Part shown: positions 8,217 through 16,589 of the stretch, piece after piece
Layout: the number at the start of each line of letters is the position of its first letter
Position numbering within the stretch: position 1 is the stretch's first letter
Made by a program: the position numbers and the translations under genes
The notes under the pieces: generated by a model
What the model saw: the letters and a program-made list of their open reading frames with translations, nothing else
What the model was told of the DNA's origin: nothing
The model's database searches: none
NCBI GenBank assembly: GCA_025057345.1
Contig: JANWXX010000016.1
Coordinates: 1 to 21,550, forward strand
Source: Polyangiaceae bacterium
GTDB taxonomy: Bacteria > Myxococcota_A > Polyangia > Polyangiales > Polyangiaceae
Length of the DNA: 21,550 bases
Direction of reading: 5' to 3'

Positions 8217-10013
8217 TTAGCGCGGCTTCTGGCCTTGTGCTGGGGTTCTCTCCCAGCGGATCAGCACTCCATCTCGTCCTGCCGAAAGGAGCCCCCCTAC
8301 CTGAGACCAGCTCACCGCCGTCACCTCGTCTGTGTGGCCCCTCAGCTCCTCCACCACACGCCCGGTTTTCAGGTCAACTCGTCGGATCACACCATCCTGG
8401 CAAGCCGTTGCTGCGCTCCCTCCCTCGGGAGAGAGAGCTACTGACCACAGGCGCCCTCCAGGGAGGTCGATTCGGAACAGTCGCTCCGCGAAGCGCGCGT
8501 CGTACACCGAAAGGCCCCCCGTCTCTCCGCAGAGTAGGAGGGCTCCGTCTAGGGAGAAGGCCAGCGACCAGGCGGTACCTGAGGCCAACCGGCGCCATCT
8601 CCCGCGGCCATCCCCTAGGAAAATGTGCCCCTCCGCCGCTATCGCTGCCGCTTCGCCCTGGACCGTCAGCGCGCGACAGCCTACCAAACCTGGCTCCGTT
8701 GGTGTCATCCTCGGGATGATTGCTACCCGCCTCGTTCCCAACCCTAGCGTGGACATCAATGCCGACAGCGGCAACGACCATCGGCCGACGCCTCCCTCGT
8801 CCGCCACGAGCAGCGCGCCTTCCTGGAAGGCTAGCCCCTGGATCGCCCCAACCCCTTTCCCCTCGGCTCGCAGGTTTCCTCGCTTCGCCCCCCATAGCCT
8901 GACCAGGCCATCTTCCCCACCGGTCGCTAGCAAGGTCCCATCCGGTGACCAAGCTACCGTGTATACACCTCCCCCGTACTGTCCCATAGTCCATAGCCGC
9001 TCCCCCTCGGCGGTGTACACAGACGCGCTTCCGTTGCTGTGGCCAAGGACCCAGCGCCGACCGTCCGGCGACAGTGCCAGGGCCTCAATGCCTGGGTTCC
9101 CCACCTCTACCCGGTGCCTTGCCTTCGCCTCGGGCAGCCCCCACAGCACTACCTCTTGGTCTTCTCCTGCCGAAACGAGGCCAGCCCCTCCCGCTACGAA
9201 GGCGAGTCCTCGCACCGTGGCACGGTGCCCCTCCACAGCCCCCGCGTAGGTACCTCGCCTCCTGTTAGTAGGGAAGTTCCATAGTGCTACCGGCCCCTTC
9301 CGGTAGCCGACGGCTAGGCGCGGTGTGGACGGATCAAGGGCTAGCGCCGAGGGGATGCCGGGTTGGGGCTCCAGCTCGCCAGCGGGCTGGCCCTCCGGTG
9401 TCCAGAAGCTTATGGTACGCCCATGTGCGGCGATCACCAGGCCCCGCGGAGAAACCCGTAGGCAGGTGGCCTGAGCGGGAAGCTTCACCCGAGCAAAGAC
9501 TTCACCGGGATTGGTGATGAGATCCAGAAATAGCAGCGCCGCCTCCCCCGGTGAGGTTCCGCAGGCACATGCCAGGAAGGTCATCCCCGGGGCAAAGGCC
9601 AGCGCAACGGGGGTTGAGGCGAAGGATCGTGTGAGATGAGGGCCATCCGGGGTGCGAAGGGCGAGGTCACCCTCCGGAGTGACCCAGGCAGCCCACGAGG
9701 CATCCGGAGCGAGCGCCACTGGGCCCGAGGTGAGAGCTGGTCGCGGGGAGGCCAGAGCGGTTCCTGGGCCTTCCAGCAGCAGGCCTGCCGGTGTGAGTAC
9801 GGCGATCCGACGCCCATCTTCGCTGGCGGCAGCTCCTGCGCAGGGGAAGGTACGACTCCAGGCGGGGTGGTGTGCCCCCCAGTCCCACTCCTCCAGTCCA
9901 CCAGGGGACCACCTGGCGAAGCCCCGTTCACTCGCCCAGAGTAGCCCGCCCAGGCGCCCTCGCAGCAACCACCGGGGGGCAAGGGGCCGAGCCGGAAGAG
10001 AAGTGTTCGTCAT
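8217..10013 (-). CDS. WD40 / beta-propeller repeat protein
   Basis: SPDG-, GH..-, and WD/WS-ending blades recur every ~40 aa (LALSPDGRRWVLGHSNGSASVY, VAWSPDGTLLATGGEDGLVRLW, LRGHTDEVTAVSWS, RDGVLIRW). Its ATG overlaps the upstream ABC ATPase stop (ATGA). Confidence 0.8.
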   Translation of the reverse strand: MTNTSLPARPLAPRWLLRGRLGGLLWASERGFARWSPGGLEEWDWGAHHPAWSRTFPCAGAAASEDGRRIAVLTPAGLLLEGPGTALASPRPALTSGPVALAPDASWAAWVTPEGDLALRTPDGPHLTRSFASTPVALAFAPGMTFLACACGTSPGEAALLFLDLITNPGEVFARVKLPAQATCLRVSPRGLVIAAHGRTISFWTPEGQPAGELEPQPGIPSALALDPSTPRLAVGYRKGPVALWNFPTNRRRGTYAGAVEGHRATVRGLAFVAGGAGLVSAGEDQEVVLWGLPEAKARHRVEVGNPGIEALALSPDGRRWVLGHSNGSASVYTAEGERLWTMGQYGGGVYTVAWSPDGTLLATGGEDGLVRLWGAKRGNLRAEGKGVGAIQGLAFQEGALLVADEGGVGRWSLPLSALMSTLGLGTRRVAIIPRMTPTEPGLVGCRALTVQGEAAAIAAEGHIFLGDGRGRWRRLASGTAWSLAFSLDGALLLCGETGGLSVYDARFAERLFRIDLPGGRLWSVALSPEGGSAATACQDGVIRRVDLKTGRVVEELRGHTDEVTAVSWSQVGGLLSAGRDGVLIRWERTPAQGQKPR

Positions 10014-10681
10014 GGTTCCTTCAACTGCCCCTGATCGAGTCGAAGGCGGCGATGAATCCCGGCATGTTCGATGACCCTTGGGTCATGGGAGGCGAGGACC
10101 AGCGCTGTCCCTTGCTGAGCAAGGCCTTCCAGGTCATCGAGGAGGGCGGCGGCACGATCGGCATCCAGGTGGGCGGTGGGCTCGTCCAGGAGCAGCAGCG
10201 GTGGGTTACGGATAAGGGCGCGAGCCAGCGCAATCCGCTGACGCTCACCCCCAGAGAGCCCATCGACCAAGGCTGTGGCGTAGGACTCGACACTGAGGCG
10301 GGCAAGGGAAGCGAGGGCGAGTCGCTCTGCCTCCCGGGCTGAGATACCGTCAGGGATCAACGGGAGTGCAACGTTCTCAAGGACGGACATCCCCGGGACA
10401 AGGGCGAGATCTTGGAAGAGGTAACCGACCTTGCGGCGGCGGATCTCGGCACGGTGCTGATCCCGCAGGCGGGAGACAACCTCGCCGTCGAGGAGCACCT
10501 CGCCGCTGCTGGGCAGGAGCATACCGCCAAGGACGCCAAGAAGAGTAGTCTTGCCGCTGCCACTGGGGCCGAGGATCACGACCATCTGGCCCCGATCCAC
10601 CGAGAGGTCGATGCCCCGGAGCACATCTCGACGCCGCTGTCCGTCGCGGACCCAGCGGGTGACGGCGCGGGCGGAGAGCAC
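10010..10681 (-). CDS. ABC transporter ATP-binding protein (LolD/FtsE/MacB-type nucleotide-binding domain) with no adjacent permease
   Basis: Walker A is GPSGSGKTT. The Q-loop is YLFQ, the signature is LSGGERQR, Walker B is LLLLDEPT and the H-loop is ASHD. Confidence 0.9.
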   Translation of the reverse strand: MLSARAVTRWVRDGQRRRDVLRGIDLSVDRGQMVVILGPSGSGKTTLLGVLGGMLLPSSGEVLLDGEVVSRLRDQHRAEIRRRKVGYLFQDLALVPGMSVLENVALPLIPDGISAREAERLALASLARLSVESYATALVDGLSGGERQRIALARALIRNPPLLLLDEPTAHLDADRAAALLDDLEGLAQQGTALVLASHDPRVIEHAGIHRRLRLDQGQLKEP

Positions 10682-10685
10682 CGGT

Positions 10686-11501
10686 TCAGCCTCGCTTCGG
10701 CAGGGAGCCGCGGTAAATGTTTCCCGCCTGCCAGGCTACTAGTCCCGGGGGAGCTACCCTGGAAATTAGCGCTGTCAGCCTGTAGAAGGGCCCCGGGACG
10801 AAGAAGGTCTTGCGCGCCCGGAACCCCTCGATGGCCAGGCGAGCACACCGGTCTGCAGGCATTAGGAAGGCCTTCAGTGACGAGGAGCTGGAGGTGATCC
10901 CACTCTTCTGCGCCATCTCCGTGTCGATTCCGCCGGGAGCAAAGGTGGAAATGGTGACCCCGCGACCTCGAAGCTCCTCCGCAAGCGCCTGGCCGTAGCT
11001 GTTGAGGAACGCCTTGGTCGCCGCGTAAGCCGCTTGGTAGGGCAGTGGAGATATGCCGGCTACACTGGATACGAGCATGATCCCTCCGCCATTCTGTCGC
11101 TCCATCAGATAGCGGGCGAAGGCATTGGCCAGCCGCGTGGTGCTCATGAGGTTGGTTTCCACCAGCGCCCTCAGCTCGCTGTCAGGGATCTCCAACGCAT
11201 GCCCGAAGAAGGTCACCCCTGCGTTGAGGATGGCTGCGTAGAGTTCCTGCCCTCGAGTGGCCTCGTCGATGACCCGGTCCACATCCTCTGCACGAGTCAT
11301 GTCCGCTACGATTCGGGTCACCTGCACCCCGTAACTCCGCTCCAGCTCTCCCTGCAGCTCCTCTAGTCGTTCTCGCCTCCGGGCCACGAGTACCAGGTGG
11401 GCTCCGTGGGCTCGCGCTAGTTCCCTCGCCATCTCTAGGCCCAACCCTGACGAGGCTCCTGTGATCAGTACGTGACGTCCTCGGAAATCCATGGCTCCCA
11501 T
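10686..11501 (-). CDS. Short-chain dehydrogenase/reductase (SDR) family oxidoreductase
   Basis: ITGASSGLG (TGxxxGxG), NAG, and the S...YxxxK triad (SSVAG...YAATK) are present. The track's TTG start at 11615 adds a non-SDR, Pro-rich 38-aa extension that overlaps the PAP2 gene's tail. The internal ATG (MGAMDFRGRHVLITG) at 11501, or the one at 11492, is preferred. Confidence 0.8.
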   Translation of the reverse strand: MGAMDFRGRHVLITGASSGLGLEMARELARAHGAHLVLVARRRERLEELQGELERSYGVQVTRIVADMTRAEDVDRVIDEATRGQELYAAILNAGVTFFGHALEIPDSELRALVETNLMSTTRLANAFARYLMERQNGGGIMLVSSVAGISPLPYQAAYAATKAFLNSYGQALAEELRGRGVTISTFAPGGIDTEMAQKSGITSSSSSLKAFLMPADRCARLAIEGFRARKTFFVPGPFYRLTALISRVAPPGLVAWQAGNIYRGSLPKRG

Positions 11502-11520
11502 GAGCAGCGGTCTACTCAGC

Positions 11521-12348
11521 TCAGAAGGTCGTGGCGAGGGAGATTTGAACAGGGGGGGTAGAAATGGGCACCCTCGGGGCGGGAGGGAAAATCGTGCGAG
11601 AGTGGAGATACGCAACGAGGAATCCTGAGGAAGCTCCCAGGAGAAGACCGGTGCTGGTGTCTACCCAGGAGTGGGCCCCGGCGAGGGGCCGGAGCGCCAC
11701 CATGGCGAGGGCGAGGGTGCCGGTGACCAAGGTGAGAGGGAAGAAAGTAGGGTTGCGTCTGGTGGGTAGGAGCCAGAGGCCCGCGGAGGCCCCGGCAAGG
11801 GCGGCGAGGGGAGCGGTGTGGCCGGAGGGGAAGGAGCGATGCGCCTCGTCGAGGCGATCTTCGGCGCTGCGGTGGCGCTCTCCCCGATCCGGGTCACAGT
11901 GCGAGCGACTGTCATCCCAATCCCGAGGGCGGCAGATTCCAGCGGCATTCTTGGCGACGTGGACGAGGGCAGAAGCAAGCATCACCGACTCAGTCAGTAC
12001 CAGCGGTGCACGCCACTGGTCGATGCCATGGCGTCCCATACCGCGCTCCATGGCCTTGGCCATGGCAAGGCTCCCGAAGATGCCAGCGGAAACCACCGCG
12101 TCGGACAGGATCTCGAAAGGTTCGCTTCGAGGGCGGTGACCTAGGCCGTCGAGGGGTGCACGCTGGGCCAGGCTGGGCTTGAGGGCGAAGGTGCCCACCA
12201 GGAAGGCCGCTCCAGAAGCCGCTGCAAGCCCAGCGTCTAGGCGCCAGTCCCCCCGGAGGAACGTAGTGGTCTCGCGTTGCTCCTGGGCGGAGGCTGCTCC
12301 TGGGGCTAGGAGCAGTGCCACGAGGAGAGCAAGGACGAGGCCGCGCAT
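11521..12348 (-). CDS. PAP2-superfamily (acid phosphatase / lipid phosphate phosphatase) protein with a signal peptide
   Basis: The signal peptide is MRGLVLALLVALLLAPGAASA. The PAP2 motifs are KNAAGICRPRD (KxxxxxxRP), SFPSGH (PSGH) and RPLAGAHSWVD (SRxxxxxHxxxD). Its start lies 3 nt after the upstream lipoprotein's stop. Confidence 0.8.
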   Translation of the reverse strand: MRGLVLALLVALLLAPGAASAQEQRETTTFLRGDWRLDAGLAAASGAAFLVGTFALKPSLAQRAPLDGLGHRPRSEPFEILSDAVVSAGIFGSLAMAKAMERGMGRHGIDQWRAPLVLTESVMLASALVHVAKNAAGICRPRDWDDSRSHCDPDRGERHRSAEDRLDEAHRSFPSGHTAPLAALAGASAGLWLLPTRRNPTFFPLTLVTGTLALAMVALRPLAGAHSWVDTSTGLLLGASSGFLVAYLHSRTIFPPAPRVPISTPPVQISLATTF

Positions 12349-12351
12349 GGT

Positions 12352-13698
12352 TTAGGGAGCGGTGAGGCAGTCGAGCTTGAGGGTACGCATCTGGGCGCGC
12401 ATCCCACCGGAGAAGGTGAACACAACACCGAGCCAGTCTTCCTCAAGAACTGTCAACGCAGGGGGCGCTTCCACAGAATCTTTGGTATTTTCAGAAACTA
12501 GCAACAAACCATGCCCGGCGGGGATCCCCCGGGCATTCACATGGACCAACGCCGGGTTGCCTGCTTTGGGATCTGTTCCGCGGAGGAACAAGAGCGCTGC
12601 ACCCAGCCGAGTCGTCACTAGGGTCGGGTGAGTGCCCCGGTCGATTCGCCGGGCTCCTTCAAGGGGCTGCAGATCTTTATGGAAGGCCTGAACGATCACC
12701 TCATCTCCCTGGTTTCCCCCCTCAACCCAGGCTGCTAGTACCGTGTCGCCATGGAGCGCCAAGGCCGGTTGCCGGGCAGTGATGCCTGGGGTCGAGAGGA
12801 TCCGATGCGATTCCAGTTCACGGCCGTTGCTGTCAAAGGAAGTGAGAGCAATCACAGAAGGTTTGCCGTCCCCCAGGGTATCCTGCCAGGCCAGATAGTA
12901 GCGCTCGGATGAGGCGACGACTGCAGGGTGGACAGGTCGCACCGCCTGATGGGTAGCACCGATAGCCTTGACCTCCTCGGCAATCTGCTCTCCTGGCAGA
13001 AAGGTGAAGAGACCGAGCTGGGAGGTGGGTTCCATCCCTAGGGGGGCGATCCCTAGCAGGGGACCTTCCGGTGTCATCCGGAGGATGGCCACCCGGTCCG
13101 CCTCTTCGACGGAGATAGCGGCAAACCGGGCAATCTTGCTTACTGAAACTGTCCATCCGGTATGGGTGAAGACTAGCCCCTTGCTGTCGAACCAGAAGAC
13201 AACCCAATCCTCCCTCCGGGGGAAGATCCAGGTCCGGAGAAATCGCGCTTTCCCCAGGCCGTAGGAGGTGGAAACAGAGCGGGTTTGGAGGTCGTAACCC
13301 CCAAAAGCAAGTTGACCTTCTCCTCTGTTCCCGGTGCGCAGGAAGCGAATAGCGGACATTTCCTTGCCCCGGGCGGCGACGTTGACGAGGCCATAAGCCA
13401 GGTTTTGGTCCAGCTCGCGGCCGTAGGCGGGACAGCCTTTGCGGCTCTCGGGGGCGTTCCAGGTCGTGACACCGCCGGTGGGGGGACCGGAAGGAATCGC
13501 AGACGCTTGGGAGGCAGAGGCTGCCACGACTATCGAGGTCGAAGCAGATGGAACTGGAGAAGCGGAAGGGGAAGGTGGGGAAGCAGAGGTAGAGGCGTAA
13601 GGAGCGGGGTCTGTTGAGACCCGATTGGAGCGTGGGCAGCCGGAAAGCAAGCCCAGCATCATGACCATGACGACCCAGCACCTCTCCGGAGGTTTCAT
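12352..13698 (-). CDS. Lipoprotein of unknown function with a Ser/Pro/Ala-rich linker
   Basis: MKPPERCWVVMVMMLGLLSGC is a signal peptide with lipobox L-S-G-C. A low-complexity STSASPPSPSASPVPSAS linker precedes a 380-aa domain with coding-like composition. Confidence 0.6.
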   Translation of the reverse strand: MKPPERCWVVMVMMLGLLSGCPRSNRVSTDPAPYASTSASPPSPSASPVPSASTSIVVAASASQASAIPSGPPTGGVTTWNAPESRKGCPAYGRELDQNLAYGLVNVAARGKEMSAIRFLRTGNRGEGQLAFGGYDLQTRSVSTSYGLGKARFLRTWIFPRREDWVVFWFDSKGLVFTHTGWTVSVSKIARFAAISVEEADRVAILRMTPEGPLLGIAPLGMEPTSQLGLFTFLPGEQIAEEVKAIGATHQAVRPVHPAVVASSERYYLAWQDTLGDGKPSVIALTSFDSNGRELESHRILSTPGITARQPALALHGDTVLAAWVEGGNQGDEVIVQAFHKDLQPLEGARRIDRGTHPTLVTTRLGAALLFLRGTDPKAGNPALVHVNARGIPAGHGLLLVSENTKDSVEAPPALTVLEEDWLGVVFTFSGGMRAQMRTLKLDCLTAP

Positions 13699-13761
13699 CT
13701 CGGGTCGGATACTAGACTGCAGCGGCCAAGGCTTGCGAATTTGATTTGAGTAGCAAGGGGG

Positions 13762-14334
13762 CTAGCCGTCGATGGCCTTCCTCATGCTCGCCTTGAGCAA
13801 GGCGATCCCATCAGGTGTGTAAAAGTAGGGGAATTTAGGGTTCTGGCTAGTGATCTCGGGGCGGACCGTCCCATCAGGGGAGAGGAAGAAGATCCGAGGG
13901 ACGTAGCCGCCATAGGCGCCGACCTTGGCGCTCAGCCAAGAGGCTCCCTCGTCGTCGGCGTCCTGGCGAATCATCACCATGCGCCCAGCAAGCTGCTCTA
14001 TCTCGCTGTCCGCGAAGACCGCCTTGAGGTTGCGGCAGTGGGGACACCAGTCGGCATACACCAGCAGAAAAATCGGTTTGTTGCTCTCCCTGGCCAGCTT
14101 CAAGCCCTCCTCCCAGGAAGACCAATGAATCTTGTCATCCCATACAATCGCGTTCGCTTTGGCCCGGGTGTGCTTAGAAGGAGCAGAAGTCGGTGGATGG
14201 GGAAGGTCAGGCTTGGGCGGAGCGCTGGGCTGCGTTCCCTGCGATCGACTCGGAATACGTTCGTGGTCAGCGTTGAGTGCAGGATCCTTGCAAGCAGCAA
14301 ACAGGAGGGGAAAAGCCAGCCAGGCGAATCTCAT
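13762..14334 (-). CDS. Thioredoxin-fold thiol:disulfide oxidoreductase lipoprotein (TlpA/ResA-like)
   Basis: The WCPHC active site is present, with a lipobox signal MRFAWLAFPLLFAAC. The second ATG (14334) is preferred because GGAG lies 6 nt upstream; the track's longest ORF starts at 14358. Confidence 0.8.
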   Translation of the reverse strand: MRFAWLAFPLLFAACKDPALNADHERIPSRSQGTQPSAPPKPDLPHPPTSAPSKHTRAKANAIVWDDKIHWSSWEEGLKLARESNKPIFLLVYADWCPHCRNLKAVFADSEIEQLAGRMVMIRQDADDEGASWLSAKVGAYGGYVPRIFFLSPDGTVRPEITSQNPKFPYFYTPDGIALLKASMRKAIDG

Positions 14335-14397
14335 GAAGCTCCTCAGATGCGGGAGCATACCGTTCCCTGCCTACGGTTCCAGGATTTCGTTGTCGAG

Positions 14398-15363
14398 CTA
14401 CCAGCGAGCACAACTGAGGCATACCATGGGGCGCATCTCCTCGCGACGCAGGGCCGTCCAGGTGGCCTCCCCCGCTTGCCCCTCGTAGCGTTGTGCCAGT
14501 GCCTTGGCAGCTTCCTCGATCCGGACTAGGCGGCGCTGGAGATAGCGAAGGTGCTCCTTCTGCCACTTGTCGAGTGCTCTCCCTTCCGGTGAGGAGGGGG
14601 GACAGAGGGGAGAGAGATCCCGGAGATTGCTGGTAAACGCCCGCAGCTTATCGGCAAGCGGCTTCAGGGTGCTTTGGCAGCCATCCTGACACTCCCGAGG
14701 GAAGCTTTGCTCTATCTCCTCGATCTCCCTACGCATCTCGCGGAGGAGCTCTGCGAGGTCGACTCCTATCTTTCGGTACTTCCCTACTTCGAGAGGGGGT
14801 TCCAGCGAGGGAGGGGGTTCTTCTGGAGGAGGGAGTCCTGGGCCCTCGGGGGAGGGAGTCAGTGGGGTACCACCAGCAAAGGCCTCAGGCATCAGGGCGG
14901 TAACAGGTGGAGGAGCGGTGCCGCCTTGGCGCTCACACCCTGCCAGCACCGCGAGGGCGGAGGAGAGAAAGACCGCACGGCGCCGGAGGATCTGTTCCCG
15001 ATCGTTCATCGAGGGGATACTGTACTGCGACTGTCGTAAACCTCGGTAAAGGATCCAACGCTCTCCGAGAGGCCCCTGCCCAGGTTCGAGGCGATAGATC
15101 AGTGCATCGCGGGGAGGACGGAAGCCCTCGGGGCAAGGCCTTAGTCGGACGGACGTAGGCTCGACCCTAAAGATCTGGGCCAGCAATGCACGGGCCTCGT
15201 AGGCCGAGGGGGCAACGGCAAACACCGGGTCATCGGGAAGCTGAGTTCCACCGAGGGTTTGAAGCTGGAAAAGGAGGCCTGGTGTAGCCACAGCGGCAGC
15301 CTCTAGCACAGGCTGAGGCTCGGTAGGTGCTGCTGCAATCGAACCATGCCTCCGCTCGTTCAT
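14398..15363 (-). CDS. Cys-containing envelope protein of unknown function. A lipoprotein-type signal is embedded at residue 119, giving an alternative start at 15009.
   Basis: The internal MNDREQILRRRAVFLSSALAVLAGCERQ is a textbook lipoprotein signal (RRR n-region, lipobox L-A-G-C). The C-terminal part has a Pro-rich linker, a coiled-coil stretch (LAELLREMRREIEEIEQ) and Cys motifs (RECQDGC, LCPP, CLSC). Confidence 0.5.
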   Translation of the reverse strand: MNERRHGSIAAAPTEPQPVLEAAAVATPGLLFQLQTLGGTQLPDDPVFAVAPSAYEARALLAQIFRVEPTSVRLRPCPEGFRPPRDALIYRLEPGQGPLGERWILYRGLRQSQYSIPSMNDREQILRRRAVFLSSALAVLAGCERQGGTAPPPVTALMPEAFAGGTPLTPSPEGPGLPPPEEPPPSLEPPLEVGKYRKIGVDLAELLREMRREIEEIEQSFPRECQDGCQSTLKPLADKLRAFTSNLRDLSPLCPPSSPEGRALDKWQKEHLRYLQRRLVRIEEAAKALAQRYEGQAGEATWTALRREEMRPMVCLSCARW

Positions 15364-15519
15364 AGCCTGCCCTCGTTACCAGATAAGTCCGCACTTCTTG
15401 TGGAGCGCCCGAGAGGAGCCACCTTGGAATCTTCTACCCAGTCGCCGGTTGCGGCCTGACCGAGAACCCATGGGAGGTGTAGCCTGACAAGGTAGCCGGC
15501 TGCTTTTCGTGATTGACTG

Positions 15520-15540
15520 TGTAAGGCAGACTGCCTTACA
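15520..15540. promoter_or_regulatory. Perfect 10-bp inverted repeat TGTAAGGCAG-a-CTGCCTTACA; a putative operator for the adjacent XRE regulator
   Basis: The palindrome is read directly from the sequence. It lies in the divergent intergenic region and abuts the first possible start codon of the HTH gene. Confidence 0.6.
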
Positions 15541-15915
15541 GTGCAGTCCATGGCTTGTCGACCGCACTCGTTTGGGATGTTCATCCGAAATCAGCGGATT
15601 GCAGCAGGGCTGAGCCTGCGTGAAGTTGCCCGGGGGATGGGGATCACGGCGGTGTACCTAGGGGAGGTGGAGCGTGGGGTGCGGGGCCCCTTCGTGCGAG
15701 AGCGGTGGATGGATCTGGTGCGGCTGATCCCGGGGGTGACGCTGGATGCGCTGGAGCGCCAGGCAAACCTGTCAGGAGGGGTCAAGATTGATCTGAGCGA
15801 CGCCCCGCCCGAGTACCAGGATCTCGGGCTGGCTCTCGCACGCCGGATTGAGCGCAGGGATCTGGAACCTACGGAAGTGACCTCTCTGCTGAGAATCCTG
15901 CGTGGGGACGCATGA
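15541..15915 (+). CDS. XRE-family helix-turn-helix transcriptional regulator. The likely true start is ATG 15577, or 15550.
   Basis: IRNQRIAAGLSLREVARGMGITAVYLGEVERG is a canonical HTH_XRE (Cro/C1-type). Its stop overlaps the next gene's ATG (ATGA). Confidence 0.8.
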   Translation: MQSMACRPHSFGMFIRNQRIAAGLSLREVARGMGITAVYLGEVERGVRGPFVRERWMDLVRLIPGVTLDALERQANLSGGVKIDLSDAPPEYQDLGLALARRIERRDLEPTEVTSLLRILRGDA

Positions 15916-16586
15916 GTCAGCTCCTCAACGAAACCGTGGTGGCGGTGCCACCGCTGTCGCTTCGAGCGATTGAGGAGCGTGCGGCAGAGATCCGGGCTCT
16001 GCTGGTTGCTCTTACGAAAGTGTCGGGATTGGCCTTGCCCTGGGATGAGCTGGTGGATCGGCACCTACCTAGGGTGGGGCTGCTGTTTTACCCAGCATCC
16101 GCAGCCGAGTTGGGAGATCGGGAAGCAGCCACAGATCCGTCCGGAGAAGAGGCAATCCACATCTTGATGCGTCCGGAGCTCTACGAAGCCCTCACGATCC
16201 GTGGGCCAGGAGGGAACCGGGCCCGAGCTACGGTAGCTCATGAGCTAGGTCACGCGGTCCTCCATGTCCCGTTCCTCCGGCGGCAGCGAGGCCGGGCACA
16301 GCCGTTGACGAGGGTGAGCCGAGCTCAGCTAGCGCCGTTCCGGGATCCCGAATGGCAAGCGTGGGCTTTTGCAGGGTGTCTCCTCATGCCTCGTTCCCAG
16401 CTTGCAGCTATCCGCAAGCCCCCGGAGGAAGTGGCACAGCTCTATGGTGTAAGCATTCCGTTCGCGGTGGCTCATTACGCAAGGCTCCGCTTGCCGGTGG
16501 GGGGGGCTGAGACCAGCCTTGGCTCCTCGCTCCTCTTGGCGCGGGCAGCACAACCGGCTATCGCGCGAGCACGTCGGGCAAGGTAG
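15912..16586 (+). CDS. ImmA/IrrE-family (COG2856) Zn-metallopeptidase
   Basis: The HEXXH motif (VAHELGHAVLH) is followed by the family-typical E...FAGCLLMP block. It is translationally coupled to the XRE gene, as in the ImmR/ImmA and DdrO/IrrE pairs. Confidence 0.8.
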   Translation: MSQLLNETVVAVPPLSLRAIEERAAEIRALLVALTKVSGLALPWDELVDRHLPRVGLLFYPASAAELGDREAATDPSGEEAIHILMRPELYEALTIRGPGGNRARATVAHELGHAVLHVPFLRRQRGRAQPLTRVSRAQLAPFRDPEWQAWAFAGCLLMPRSQLAAIRKPPEEVAQLYGVSIPFAVAHYARLRLPVGGAETSLGSSLLLARAAQPAIARARRAR

Positions 16587-16589
16587 CCC

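Noticed and set aside
8039-9249. Two long + strand ORFs (226 aa and 305 aa)
   Set aside because: They are antisense to the WD40 gene. Their translations are Pro/Arg/Ser-rich junk with no repeats or motifs.
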